Assembly: GCA_963790305.1 (NCBI GenBank)
Contig: CAWBOC010000010.1
Span: 409,939 to 473,938 of the forward strand
Direction: 5' to 3'
Length of the DNA stretch: 64,000 nucleotides
From: an uncultured Gemmatimonadaceae bacterium
GTDB lineage: Bacteria > Gemmatimonadota > Gemmatimonadetes > Gemmatimonadales > Gemmatimonadaceae
The notes under the pieces were generated by a model. That model worked only from the letters and a program-made list of their open reading frames with translations. It ran no database searches and was not told where the DNA came from. Every line of letters starts with the position of its first letter. Position 1 is the stretch's first letter. Both the position numbers and the translations under genes were made by a program. Below, in pieces: positions 47,309 to 56,459 of this stretch.

Positions 47309-49525
47309 CGGGCCGAGGCTGACGCTGAGACGAGGCCAGTGATCGAGCCGCCGCCCGCTCGCGGTGAGCTCGACTGGCCCAATCGGGGTCGCCATCCCTA
47401 ACGAGGCTCCCCAGCCCGCGATGTAGTCCGATGAGCGGATTCTCCACCGCTCGAGCGCGTTGCCGACGTTGACGCCGACGGTGCCGTACACCTCGTTCAC
47501 GATCTCCTTCTGCACCGAAGCGCGAACGATCTGGACGGCGCGACCGCTCCGCTCGTTCGGCTTGAGCCCCCAGAAGATGGGCTGCGTCTCCGGAAAAGCC
47601 GGCGACGGGATAGTGCCACCCAGGAAGAACACCCGATGCACTGGCAAATCGCTCCCGCGAGCCACTCCGGCAATGGCACGCAGGCGAAGCACTGACGACC
47701 ACGGGAGCGGCAGAATCTGCTCGACATCGCCAATGTGCTGCGTGAAGCTATTCCGCCCGCCGAGTCGGTTGTTGCCGACCTCGCTGCGAAGACGCAGTGA
47801 GATGCCGCGGGTCGGGAAGAAGCTGCGATCGAACGTATCGCGCCAAAGCTGGGCGGCGGCCGTGTAGTATGTCCGCTTCTGCGACGTATCCGAGTCGGCG
47901 ATGCGGAAATCCGCGTCAATGTACTCCAGACCGCCACGCACCCCGATCACGGACGTGCGACCGAGCGTTCGCGCGGCCCCGCCACCGAGAGTCGCGACGC
48001 GCGTATTGATGTCGGCGACGCGCTCCCCGGCCTCGAAGATGTCGAGCAGCGTGCGCGTGTACCGCGCCTCCGCGCCGAGGCTGAAGTTGGAGACTACGCC
48101 CCGTCCGGCGAGATAACTGATGCCGAACTGCGTCGGCTCGCCGAGCCGCACGTCGGCGTCGAGCGTTGAGCCGTACTGGAGCCAGTTGAAGAGCGTGCCG
48201 GTGAAGAGCAATGCCGCCTTGCGATGGTCGTCGAAGCGAAATCCCAACCCGATCTGGTCCTGCGGCTGCGCCTCGACTTCTATGACCGCCACGGTGTCGG
48301 TTGGGGTGGCGTCGATGCGGTAGGTTGCGCGCGAGAAGAGGTGCGTCGCGCTGAGTCGCGACAGGGCGCGATCGAGCGACGTCGCGGACAGGCGAGCGGG
48401 AACACTGAGCGAGACTGCCCGCGTCACGACGTTGCGCGCCTGTTGTGCCGTCACGCCGCTCACCATGACGTCGGTAATCATGACGGAATCGCGGAGCAGA
48501 GGTGCCACGACACGGCTCCCCGACGAGGTGTCCGCGACCACGGCGAGTCGGCGCAGCGTGTCCGCATGCACGGCCGCCGCGGCCTCACCGCGCTTGATCC
48601 ACTCATCGACCTCCTCGAACGAGAACGTCGAGAGGCCCTTCACGTCCGGCTGAATCAGCACATCACACAACCGCCGCTGCTCCTCGTTATGCTCGGCCAT
48701 CTGAAAGGCGACCGTCTGGATGACGATGTCCACGATGCTGCGCAGATCATCGCCCTTGAGGAGCGGGCCTGAGACGTCGCTGCAGATCAGGATGTCGGCG
48801 CCGAGTGTGCGCGCATCCTGCGCCGGAAGATTGCGGGCGACGGCGCCATCCATCAGCAGCCGGCCGTTGAGGCGAATCGGCTGAATGACGCCGGTGATGG
48901 CCATGCTCGCTCGCATCGCCTGGGCGAGCACGCCACTCGTTAGTACCACTGCCTCCCCCGTCTCGACGTCGGTCGCGACGGCGGCGAACGGCAGTGGCAG
49001 CTGCGTGAAGTCACGCACCGTCTGAGCACGCCAGGTGGCGCGCTCGAGCAGGCGCATGATGGCATCTCCGCGCACGACACCGCTCGGAAGCGTGACGCGC
49101 CCCCCGCGCACGGGGAAAGAAATCACGGTGCGCGACCCGACCACTCTGCGATCGGGGACGAGCATCTGCCGATCGCTCCGGTCGCCTAACAGCGCCGACC
49201 AGTCCTGGCTGGCGGCGATGTTGCGAATCTGCTCCGGCGTGTATCCAATGGAGTAGAAGCCGCCGAGCACTGCCCCCATGCTGGTGCCGCTGACGACGGA
49301 GATGGGGATGCCGGCGCGCTCGAGCGCGGCCAGCACGCCGATGTGCGCAAACCCTTTGGCGCTGCCGCCGCTCAGGACGAGCCCGATACGCGGGCGCGCG
49401 GCCGCTACGGATGTGGTATCCTGCGCAGCTGCCGTGGCGGCGATCAGGAGGCAGCCGAGTGTCAGAGCGCGCGCACCGCGGCCGGGCGGTTGGGTGCGAC
49501 TCGGAGGGGTGCTACGAAGAGACAA
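47300..49525 (-). CDS. Patatin-like phospholipase fused to POTRA/Omp85 barrel (PlpD-like)
   Basis: LSGGSAKGFAHIGV, GTSMG, DGA motifs; C-terminal TPIGPVEL..SLGPLF barrel end. Confidence 0.85.
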   Translation of the reverse strand: MSLRSTPPSRTQPPGRGARALTLGCLLIAATAAAQDTTSVAAARPRIGLVLSGGSAKGFAHIGVLAALERAGIPISVVSGTSMGAVLGGFYSIGYTPEQIRNIAASQDWSALLGDRSDRQMLVPDRRVVGSRTVISFPVRGGRVTLPSGVVRGDAIMRLLERATWRAQTVRDFTQLPLPFAAVATDVETGEAVVLTSGVLAQAMRASMAITGVIQPIRLNGRLLMDGAVARNLPAQDARTLGADILICSDVSGPLLKGDDLRSIVDIVIQTVAFQMAEHNEEQRRLCDVLIQPDVKGLSTFSFEEVDEWIKRGEAAAAVHADTLRRLAVVADTSSGSRVVAPLLRDSVMITDVMVSGVTAQQARNVVTRAVSLSVPARLSATSLDRALSRLSATHLFSRATYRIDATPTDTVAVIEVEAQPQDQIGLGFRFDDHRKAALLFTGTLFNWLQYGSTLDADVRLGEPTQFGISYLAGRGVVSNFSLGAEARYTRTLLDIFEAGERVADINTRVATLGGGAARTLGRTSVIGVRGGLEYIDADFRIADSDTSQKRTYYTAAAQLWRDTFDRSFFPTRGISLRLRSEVGNNRLGGRNSFTQHIGDVEQILPLPWSSVLRLRAIAGVARGSDLPVHRVFFLGGTIPSPAFPETQPIFWGLKPNERSGRAVQIVRASVQKEIVNEVYGTVGVNVGNALERWRIRSSDYIAGWGASLGMATPIGPVELTASGRRLDHWPRLSVSLGPLF

Positions 49526-49583
49526 ATGGCATCGTTGGGCAGGTCAAGGAGCAGGCGGGGTCGCCCCGCGAGCCATAAAAGCT

Positions 49584-49665
49584 TTTAGCGCAGAGGACGC
49601 GGAGGGCGCCCGGGAGCGCGAGGTGTCTTGGGGGCCTCTGCGCCCTCCGCGTCCTCTGCGTTAAA
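49584..49665. repeat. Palindromic element with CGCAGAG/CGCGGAG 9-nt periodicity
   Basis: TTTAGCGCAGAGGACGCGGAGGGCGC ... GCGCCCTCCGCGTCCTCTGCGTTAAA. Confidence 0.85.
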
Positions 49666-49678
49666 TAATGTTATCAGG

Positions 49679-50779
49679 TCATTGCGCGCCGAACGCATTC
49701 AGAAACGCTCGCACGAATGGCGACCGCACGGCCCCTCCCTCGTCGAGCCGATTATCCCAACGTAGCCCATCGCTGTTGGCCAGCAAAATCAACGACAGCC
49801 TTCGAGCCGGCACCTTGAGGTAGAGCGCGGAATACTGACCCTCCCACAGCCCGGTGTGCCAGAGCAGCTGCTCTCCCTCGTGCTCCTCGACGAACCAGCC
49901 GAGCCCGTAGGGAAGCGCCGCTCCCGACGGGGAGCGGGCGGCGGTCCACATCGCGACTCGTGAGGCGGCGCTGAGGAGGGCGCCGCGCGTGAGGGCGATG
50001 TCGAATCGAGCCAGATCGGCCGCCGTCGAGATCACCCCGCCCGCTGCCCCATCACCCTGCGGACCGGGAGGTGGCGACTCGACGATGGCGCCGCTGGAAT
50101 CGACGTGATATGGCTTGGCGAGATCGGCAGCGAGCTCGGGTCGCAGGGGGAGCGCTCGGTAAACGCGCGCGGAACGCGTCATCCCCACAGGGCGAAGCAC
50201 GTGCGCGAGGACGAGGTCCGAAAAGGACGAGTCGGTGGCCTGCATGATCGGCCGCGACGCCCACGAGTACAGAATCGGGTTGTAGAAGAACTTTGTTCCG
50301 GGAACGCCATTCGCCGTCATCGACAGCACGTGACGCAGGGTGAGCGGTGCGTCGCAGTCGAGGTCGTCGAAGAAGATGCCTCCCCGGTCACGCGCGGCGG
50401 CGCAGAACTCGTTGAACTGTGCATAGCTCGACATCGGTCGATCCAGGTCGAGGCGCCCTTGCTCGACGAGCTGGAGCGCAACGACGGCCGAGATCGGCTT
50501 GGTGACCGATGCGATGTTGAATGGCGTCGCCGGCGTGACCGCGATGCGGCGCGCAAGGTCGGCGTATCCAAGCCCGGTGGCGAGCACGATCGTGGTGTCG
50601 CGAACGATCGCGATGGCGAGACCAGGAATCTTCGCCGCCTGCCGCAACGAATCGGCGCGTGCGACGAAACGCGCCGCAATCACTGCATCCGTTTGGGCGT
50701 TGACTACGCGGGGCCGACACCCCAGGAGAGCGATGCCGGCAAAAACGATCGAGACCCGACCTGCCGCGTGTACACTCAC
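49679..50779 (-). CDS. Serine hydrolase, beta-lactamase family
   Basis: FNIASVTK (SxxK), FFYNP..Y, YGLGW, WHTG. Confidence 0.88.
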   Translation of the reverse strand: MSVHAAGRVSIVFAGIALLGCRPRVVNAQTDAVIAARFVARADSLRQAAKIPGLAIAIVRDTTIVLATGLGYADLARRIAVTPATPFNIASVTKPISAVVALQLVEQGRLDLDRPMSSYAQFNEFCAAARDRGGIFFDDLDCDAPLTLRHVLSMTANGVPGTKFFYNPILYSWASRPIMQATDSSFSDLVLAHVLRPVGMTRSARVYRALPLRPELAADLAKPYHVDSSGAIVESPPPGPQGDGAAGGVISTAADLARFDIALTRGALLSAASRVAMWTAARSPSGAALPYGLGWFVEEHEGEQLLWHTGLWEGQYSALYLKVPARRLSLILLANSDGLRWDNRLDEGGAVRSPFVRAFLNAFGAQ

Positions 50780-50792
50780 CCTCCTGGTCGCA

Positions 50793-51143
50793 TCACCGAG
50801 CGGGCTCGACGACGACCGCCGTGCCGTAGCACAGCACCTCCGTCACGCCGCTCATGACCTCCGTCGCATCGTATCGGGCACCGACCACCGCGTTTGCGCC
50901 CATCTCCTCGGCGTGCGCGACCATCAGCGTGTGCGCTTCCGCCCGCGTTTTCTCGCAGAGATCGGTGAACAGGGTGATGTTCCCGCCCTTGATCGTCTGG
51001 AGCGCGGCGCCGAAGCTGCCGATGATCGATCTCGACCGCACCGTGACCCCGCGGACGATGCCGAGCGATTTCACGATGCGGTATCCGTCGAGAGCGGGGT
51101 TGGTGGTGATCATAGACAGGTCCACCGCGCGGGATCTTGCCAT
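50793..51143 (-). CDS. YbjQ/UPF0145 family protein
   Basis: [32 protein letters not shown]. Confidence 0.9.
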   Translation of the reverse strand: MARSRAVDLSMITTNPALDGYRIVKSLGIVRGVTVRSRSIIGSFGAALQTIKGGNITLFTDLCEKTRAEAHTLMVAHAEEMGANAVVGARYDATEVMSGVTEVLCYGTAVVVEPAR

Positions 51144-51154
51144 GGCCGACGCCC

Positions 51155-51793
51155 CTAGCGGTTGCCGCCGAACATCTTGCCGAGGACGTTAGGCGCCATG
51201 CGCGCCAGGTCATCGGCAATGCCAGGGCGATCTTCGCTCGCGCCGAAGATCTGGCCGAGGATGCCCCCGAGCCCCGGTGCGCGGCGCTCGACTTCCTGCT
51301 TCTCCGCCTGCAGCTCGGCGCCGATCTCGTTCGCGCCGGCGCCAGTCTGACGCTTCCGGCGGCCGAGGTAGGCCATGACGAGTGGTGCGAGCATCATCAG
51401 CAGTCGGCCGATCTGCTGTGAGTTGAGGCCGGTCGCGCGCCCGATGCCTTGCTGAACGGGTTCGCGCTTGCGACCGAGCACGTGCTCCAGGATGCCGGCG
51501 CCGTTGAGCGCACGGGGAACCGCGATGTCGGCGGCGCCCGACGTCGCGGCGCCAAACAGCGGCGAGACGTTATCAAGGAGACTGCCGTCGTGATCTTCCT
51601 CGAGCGCCTGGTTCAGCGACTGTGCGCCCGCCGGCGTCTCCACCTCGCGAGCCAGGCCACCGATGAGCATGGGCAGCGCCATCGAGATGGCCTGGGCAGT
51701 GCTCGTCTCATCGGCGCCGAGCTGCTGGCTCAGCTGCGAAAGGGTGTTGCCCTGTTGGAGCTGGGCAGTGAGGTCGTCGATGAGAGAGGCCAT
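51155..51793 (-). CDS. DUF937 family protein
   Basis: [44 protein letters not shown]. Confidence 0.8.
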   Translation of the reverse strand: MASLIDDLTAQLQQGNTLSQLSQQLGADETSTAQAISMALPMLIGGLAREVETPAGAQSLNQALEEDHDGSLLDNVSPLFGAATSGAADIAVPRALNGAGILEHVLGRKREPVQQGIGRATGLNSQQIGRLLMMLAPLVMAYLGRRKRQTGAGANEIGAELQAEKQEVERRAPGLGGILGQIFGASEDRPGIADDLARMAPNVLGKMFGGNR

Positions 51794-52242
51794 GGCGTGA
51801 ATCTCCACTGGAGGGAAGGGTTCATCCTCTCCCCGGCCGACGCGAGAGTCAAGGACTGACGGTGACTTCCCTTTCTGCCTCGCGCCCGCTCGCTCGCGAG
51901 CACTCCAGTTGGAGCCCGCCCACGAGTGCTCCGGCCAGGACTTCGTCGAGCTTTTGGCGGTCGTGCGCCTAACGCTAGCAGCTGGGCGAGGAGCCGCGTC
52001 GTCAACAAAATGCTGACAAGCAGAAGGGACGCGAGTGTTCTCCCGGCCGCATTGTAGCCCTCAACCAGCAGGTTGTGCATGCCGGTTCGCCGCTGGGGAA
52101 CTGTTGGTCACCGCACATCCGTTGGCGCGGCTGGCCGGTCCTCGCAAACTTGGCCGCCATGGCGGCAAGGTTTCGCGGGGGGCAAGGGGAAGGCGGTATG
52201 GGCGAATTCCACCCATACCGTGCCCCCGCGATTTCGTCCGGG

Positions 52243-52998
52243 TTAGAGCGTCGCCGCGATGGGCCCCGACCCCACACGGAAGGGGCCTGTCAGCACCAGG
52301 TCGAGTCCTTGCCCGTCGGTGAGGTCCCACGCCTTGTACAGCGCGAAGCCTAACGCGAGCAGCCCGACGCCGGCGGCGTATAACCCGAACTCGAACATCG
52401 CCAGCATCGGCAGGATGAGAAAGGCGAATACGCTCTTCCCGACACTTGGCTCAGCCACTGGCTCCGGGACGTCATCCTTGATGCCAAGCGCCTCGAACTC
52501 CTCGTTGAGCTGCTTTTGCTGCGTGGCGAGTGTGCGAATATCGGAGGCTGCGATCGCGGCCCTGCGCTTCGCGTCGTCATTGGCGCGCTTGATCGCCGGA
52601 ACGAGGGAGCCGAGCAGGATCGCGACGTAGGTCAGCCCCACGGCGAGATACTGGTAGCGTCGGCCGCCGTAGCCGTCGACACTGGCCATGATCCGCTTGC
52701 CCATGAACCAGCCGATGCCGACGACGATCGGGAGTCGCAGGAAGGGGAAGATGATCACGCCCGCCGCGAGCGCGGCGGCGCCGAGCAGGGTGGTGAGCGC
52801 CCCCTGAATGACGGCGCGCTGCATGGCCGCCGCGCCGACACCGCGCTGAATCATCTTCGCGAACTGGGGACGGCACTTGGCGCAGATGGGTCGCTCGTTG
52901 AGGGCGAAGTACTGGGTGCGCATTGGCGCTCGGCATTCGGAGCACCACATCGCCGGGGTCGGCGGTGGTGAAGGATCATGAGTCGGCATCGCGGACAT
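52243..52998 (-). CDS. Hypothetical membrane protein with N-terminal CxxC...CxxC
   Basis: CSEC..ICAKC then several TM segments, GGRRYQYLAVGLTY. Confidence 0.75.
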   Translation of the reverse strand: MSAMPTHDPSPPPTPAMWCSECRAPMRTQYFALNERPICAKCRPQFAKMIQRGVGAAAMQRAVIQGALTTLLGAAALAAGVIIFPFLRLPIVVGIGWFMGKRIMASVDGYGGRRYQYLAVGLTYVAILLGSLVPAIKRANDDAKRRAAIAASDIRTLATQQKQLNEEFEALGIKDDVPEPVAEPSVGKSVFAFLILPMLAMFEFGLYAAGVGLLALGFALYKAWDLTDGQGLDLVLTGPFRVGSGPIAATL

Positions 52999-53243
52999 TG
53001 CAGGTCCCCGGAGAGATTCGCACGGATGAGCTGGCCGTCAGAAGGACGCACCTCCGCGTGCACGGGCAACGGGTTGCGTGTCGAGCATGCCGCGCGCAAC
53101 GGCCCCGGACTGGGATGGGCTTTTCCTGCCTGACCGTCAGCCTCCCCTCATGGGCGGCACGGGGTCGTCGGCCATGCGCCGCGCTGGCGGCATTCCCCTG
53201 GCCGGCGTATGTTCGCGCTGAATCCCTCGATTGGACCTGCGCC

Positions 53244-56200
53244 ATGCACGGTCCGCCCAGCGCGTCATCCGTCCTCTTCGCTGGTCGCTACGCCGTCGAA
53301 CGCGAGGTTGGACGCGGCGCAACGGCCACGGTGCTCCTGGCTCGCGACACGGAGCGCGATCAGAGCGTCGCAATAAAGGTTCTGCGAGCGGACCTGGCGG
53401 AAGTCGCGGTTAGGCAGCGCTTCCTCCGCGAGAGCCGGCTCACCGCCGAGCTCCATCACCGACGCATTCTCCCCGTCCTCGACGCCGGCGAATACATGGG
53501 GCAGTTGTACCTGGTCGCGCCCTTCATGGAGGGCGGCACACTGCGCGACCTGCTGGTGCGCGAAAAGCAGCTTCGAATCATCGATGCGGTCCGCATCGCC
53601 CGATCAGTGGCCGACGCGCTGGACCACGCCCACCGGTCAGGCTTCATCCATCGAGACATTAAGCCGGAGAATATTCTGTTTCACGACGGCGAGGCGTACC
53701 TCGCTGATTTTGGGATCGCGCGTGCATTGGAAAAGGCCTTGGGCGACACGTCGACGTCGGCCGGAATTGTTCGCGGCACCGTGGCATACATGAGCCCGGA
53801 ACAAGCGAGCGGTGACCACGACTACGACGGACGGAGCGACATCTTCTCGCTCGGCTGCGTGCTCTATGAGATGCTGGCTGGCGTGGGTGCGTACATCGCT
53901 GCGACCCCCGAGGCCGTGCTCGCGCAGAGATTCATGCACCCTCCTCGCGACATTCGGGTGTACCGATCGGCGGTGCCGCGCCAGCTCGAAGCGGTGGTCA
54001 GCCGTGCCGTTGCCTTCGAGCCTGCCGATCGATTCGCGTCGGCGGCCGCGTTTGCGGAGGCGTTGGCCGCCGTCCCTACCGATCCGACGGCAGCTGCGGC
54101 AAGCATTCGTTCCCGTTCAGTACTGGGGCATCACCGGTGGTGGGAGCGTGGTCGTGTACGTATAGCGGCGGGGGTCGCTGCCGTCGCAATCGCAGTCGGG
54201 CTCGCCAGCGCTGCCGGCGTGCGACGCAGATTCGGCGTCGCGTCGCCGGCGACGGACACGACGCACGTTGCCGTCCTCCAGATCGAGCGACCGTCGGAAA
54301 GTGCATCGCGCACGATGGATGATGATCTCCTTCACATGGCGATGGCTCGATGGAGCGGGATCGTCCTGGTCGACCGGTTCCAGGTGGCTGACGCGATTCG
54401 TCGTCACGGGCCAGTCGAGTCTGGAGACGAGGCAGCCGCGATCGCAACATCGTTAGGGGCGGGACGGTACGTGCGCGGTCGACTCACGCGTGAGGGCGCG
54501 GCGTGGCGGGCATACGCCGCACTCTATGACGTCGGAAGCACTCGCGCCCTGTATCAGGCGACTGAAGAGATTCCGCGCGACTTGACGTCCGCGTTGGCCG
54601 CGTACTCCCGGCTAGCCGATTCCCTGCTGCTGCGTGGCGCGCAACCGGATACGAGTCCAGCCGGCCTTGCTGGGAGACGCTCGCTCCCGGCGATCCAGGC
54701 CGTGGCGCGTGCCCAGCGGGCGCTCGACGAGTGGGACCTCGCGGGAGCGGACTCTGCCTTTCAGCGGGCGCTCATGTTCGACTCGACGTATTCGGGGAGA
54801 CCATTGCTGTGGCTGGCACAGGTTCGAGCCTGGCGCGGCCTCTCCCCGACGGGTTGGTCGGTTCTGGCGGAGCGGGCCGCGGCGAGGAGCGACGAGCTCT
54901 CAGAGAAGGAGCGACAGCTATCCCGAGCACTCGTGTTGCTGGGTGCACGCCGATTCGAGGAGGCGTGCCGAGTGTACGACGACCTTCGACAGCGTAACGG
55001 TCGCGACTTTTCGGCGTGGTTTGGGCTCGGCCAGTGCCGAACGATGGATAGGGCAGTGGTGCGCGATTCGTCCAGCCCGTCCGGTTGGCGGTTCCGAAGC
55101 AGCTATCGGCGCGCCGTCGAGGCCTACATAACAGCCTTCGAGATCCTGCCATCCGTGCATCGGGACTATGAGCGGGGTGCTTTCGAGCGGCTACGCATGC
55201 TCCTGGCGGTCTCGACCGCGCTGCTGCCGGGCTATGACATTGATCAGGACAGTGCGCTCTTCCTCGCGCGCCCGGCGTGGCTCGATGACACGCTCGCCCT
55301 GGTGCCATATCCCTGGCAGGCTGTCTTCGCTGGGAACGCGAACGTCGTACCGCCAGGGTTTACCGTTGCCCTCGAGGCGCAGCGGACCGCGTTCAGAAGA
55401 ATTGCCGCTGGCTGGTCGGCGGCCTTCCCGCGCAGCGCGGGCGCAAAACACGCGGTCGCGATTGCCCTCGAGCTCATGAACGATCCAACCGCCATCGATA
55501 CGGTGCGCGCGGCGCGTCAACTCGCGGACTCGGCGCAACGACTTCGACTGGGTGCAGCGGAAGTGCTCATGCTGGTGCGCTTCGGCGCGCCGGACAACGA
55601 GGAGTATCTGCGCGCGGCGGCCGCACTCTCTGATTCCCTGTTGGCTGGGGTGGTTTCGCCGACCGGGGTGAATTACGAGGACTTCGCGTCGGTGGCAGCG
55701 CTAGCCGGACGGTGTAGTACGTCCGAGACGCTCGCCCGCCGACCGGATCCGGCATCGGCTGCTGCCTTGCGCATCGCCCCGCGTTTGTACGCGGACGGGC
55801 TGACGTTGTCGGCGCGAGTCGCGCTTGGATGTCGGCCGACTGCAGGGAGCATAACGATTGGCGAGCTCGCCCGATCCATCGAGCGTGCGTACGGCCCCGA
55901 CGAGCGACGACGCATCAGCGAAGTGCTCCTCTTTCGCCCGGCCATGATGGCCGACGTACCCGACTCGAGCATCGTCGTTTCTCTCGCCGCGCACAGCCAG
56001 CACGGCCTGCTGCAGGCCGCAAGCGCTCGAGCTCGCCGTGACCCAGCGGGCGTTCGCTCGGCGCTTGCCGCGTTTGCGAGCGAATGGCGGCCCGAGCTGG
56101 GGCCGCCAACGCCAGACATCGCCTATCCCGGCGCCCGCCTGTGGATGGCCATCGGTGACACCGCGCAGGCCATCGACTGGCTGGAGCGCTCGCTCGGCGG

Positions 56201-56414
56201 ACTGCCGACGTCGGATCCGCGAATGCTCACGGATCAGGCGCGTGCGGCGGCACTGGTGCGCGCCATGGTTCTGCGTGCGGATTTCGCGAATGCCGCGCGA
56301 GACCCTAACGCCGCGCGTCGCTGGGGAACGGCAGTGACCCTGCTGTGGGGGCGGGCGGATTCCGACCTTCGGCCGATCGTCGACCGGATGGCGCGCTACG
56401 GTGCGCGCCGATGA
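53244..56414 (+). CDS. Transmembrane Ser/Thr protein kinase with C-terminal TPR-like region
   Basis: GRGATATV, VAIKVL, HRDIKPEN, DFGIA, GTVAYMSPEQ; TM segment IAAGVAAVAIAVGLA. Confidence 0.9.
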   Translation: MHGPPSASSVLFAGRYAVEREVGRGATATVLLARDTERDQSVAIKVLRADLAEVAVRQRFLRESRLTAELHHRRILPVLDAGEYMGQLYLVAPFMEGGTLRDLLVREKQLRIIDAVRIARSVADALDHAHRSGFIHRDIKPENILFHDGEAYLADFGIARALEKALGDTSTSAGIVRGTVAYMSPEQASGDHDYDGRSDIFSLGCVLYEMLAGVGAYIAATPEAVLAQRFMHPPRDIRVYRSAVPRQLEAVVSRAVAFEPADRFASAAAFAEALAAVPTDPTAAAASIRSRSVLGHHRWWERGRVRIAAGVAAVAIAVGLASAAGVRRRFGVASPATDTTHVAVLQIERPSESASRTMDDDLLHMAMARWSGIVLVDRFQVADAIRRHGPVESGDEAAAIATSLGAGRYVRGRLTREGAAWRAYAALYDVGSTRALYQATEEIPRDLTSALAAYSRLADSLLLRGAQPDTSPAGLAGRRSLPAIQAVARAQRALDEWDLAGADSAFQRALMFDSTYSGRPLLWLAQVRAWRGLSPTGWSVLAERAAARSDELSEKERQLSRALVLLGARRFEEACRVYDDLRQRNGRDFSAWFGLGQCRTMDRAVVRDSSSPSGWRFRSSYRRAVEAYITAFEILPSVHRDYERGAFERLRMLLAVSTALLPGYDIDQDSALFLARPAWLDDTLALVPYPWQAVFAGNANVVPPGFTVALEAQRTAFRRIAAGWSAAFPRSAGAKHAVAIALELMNDPTAIDTVRAARQLADSAQRLRLGAAEVLMLVRFGAPDNEEYLRAAAALSDSLLAGVVSPTGVNYEDFASVAALAGRCSTSETLARRPDPASAAALRIAPRLYADGLTLSARVALGCRPTAGSITIGELARSIERAYGPDERRRISEVLLFRPAMMADVPDSSIVVSLAAHSQHGLLQAASARARRDPAGVRSALAAFASEWRPELGPPTPDIAYPGARLWMAIGDTAQAIDWLERSLGGLPTSDPRMLTDQARAAALVRAMVLRADFANAARDPNAARRWGTAVTLLWGRADSDLRPIVDRMARYGARR

Positions 56415-56459
56415 CATGAAGCGGTAGAGAACGAGCCACCTTTCTCCTGGGAGGTTCTG

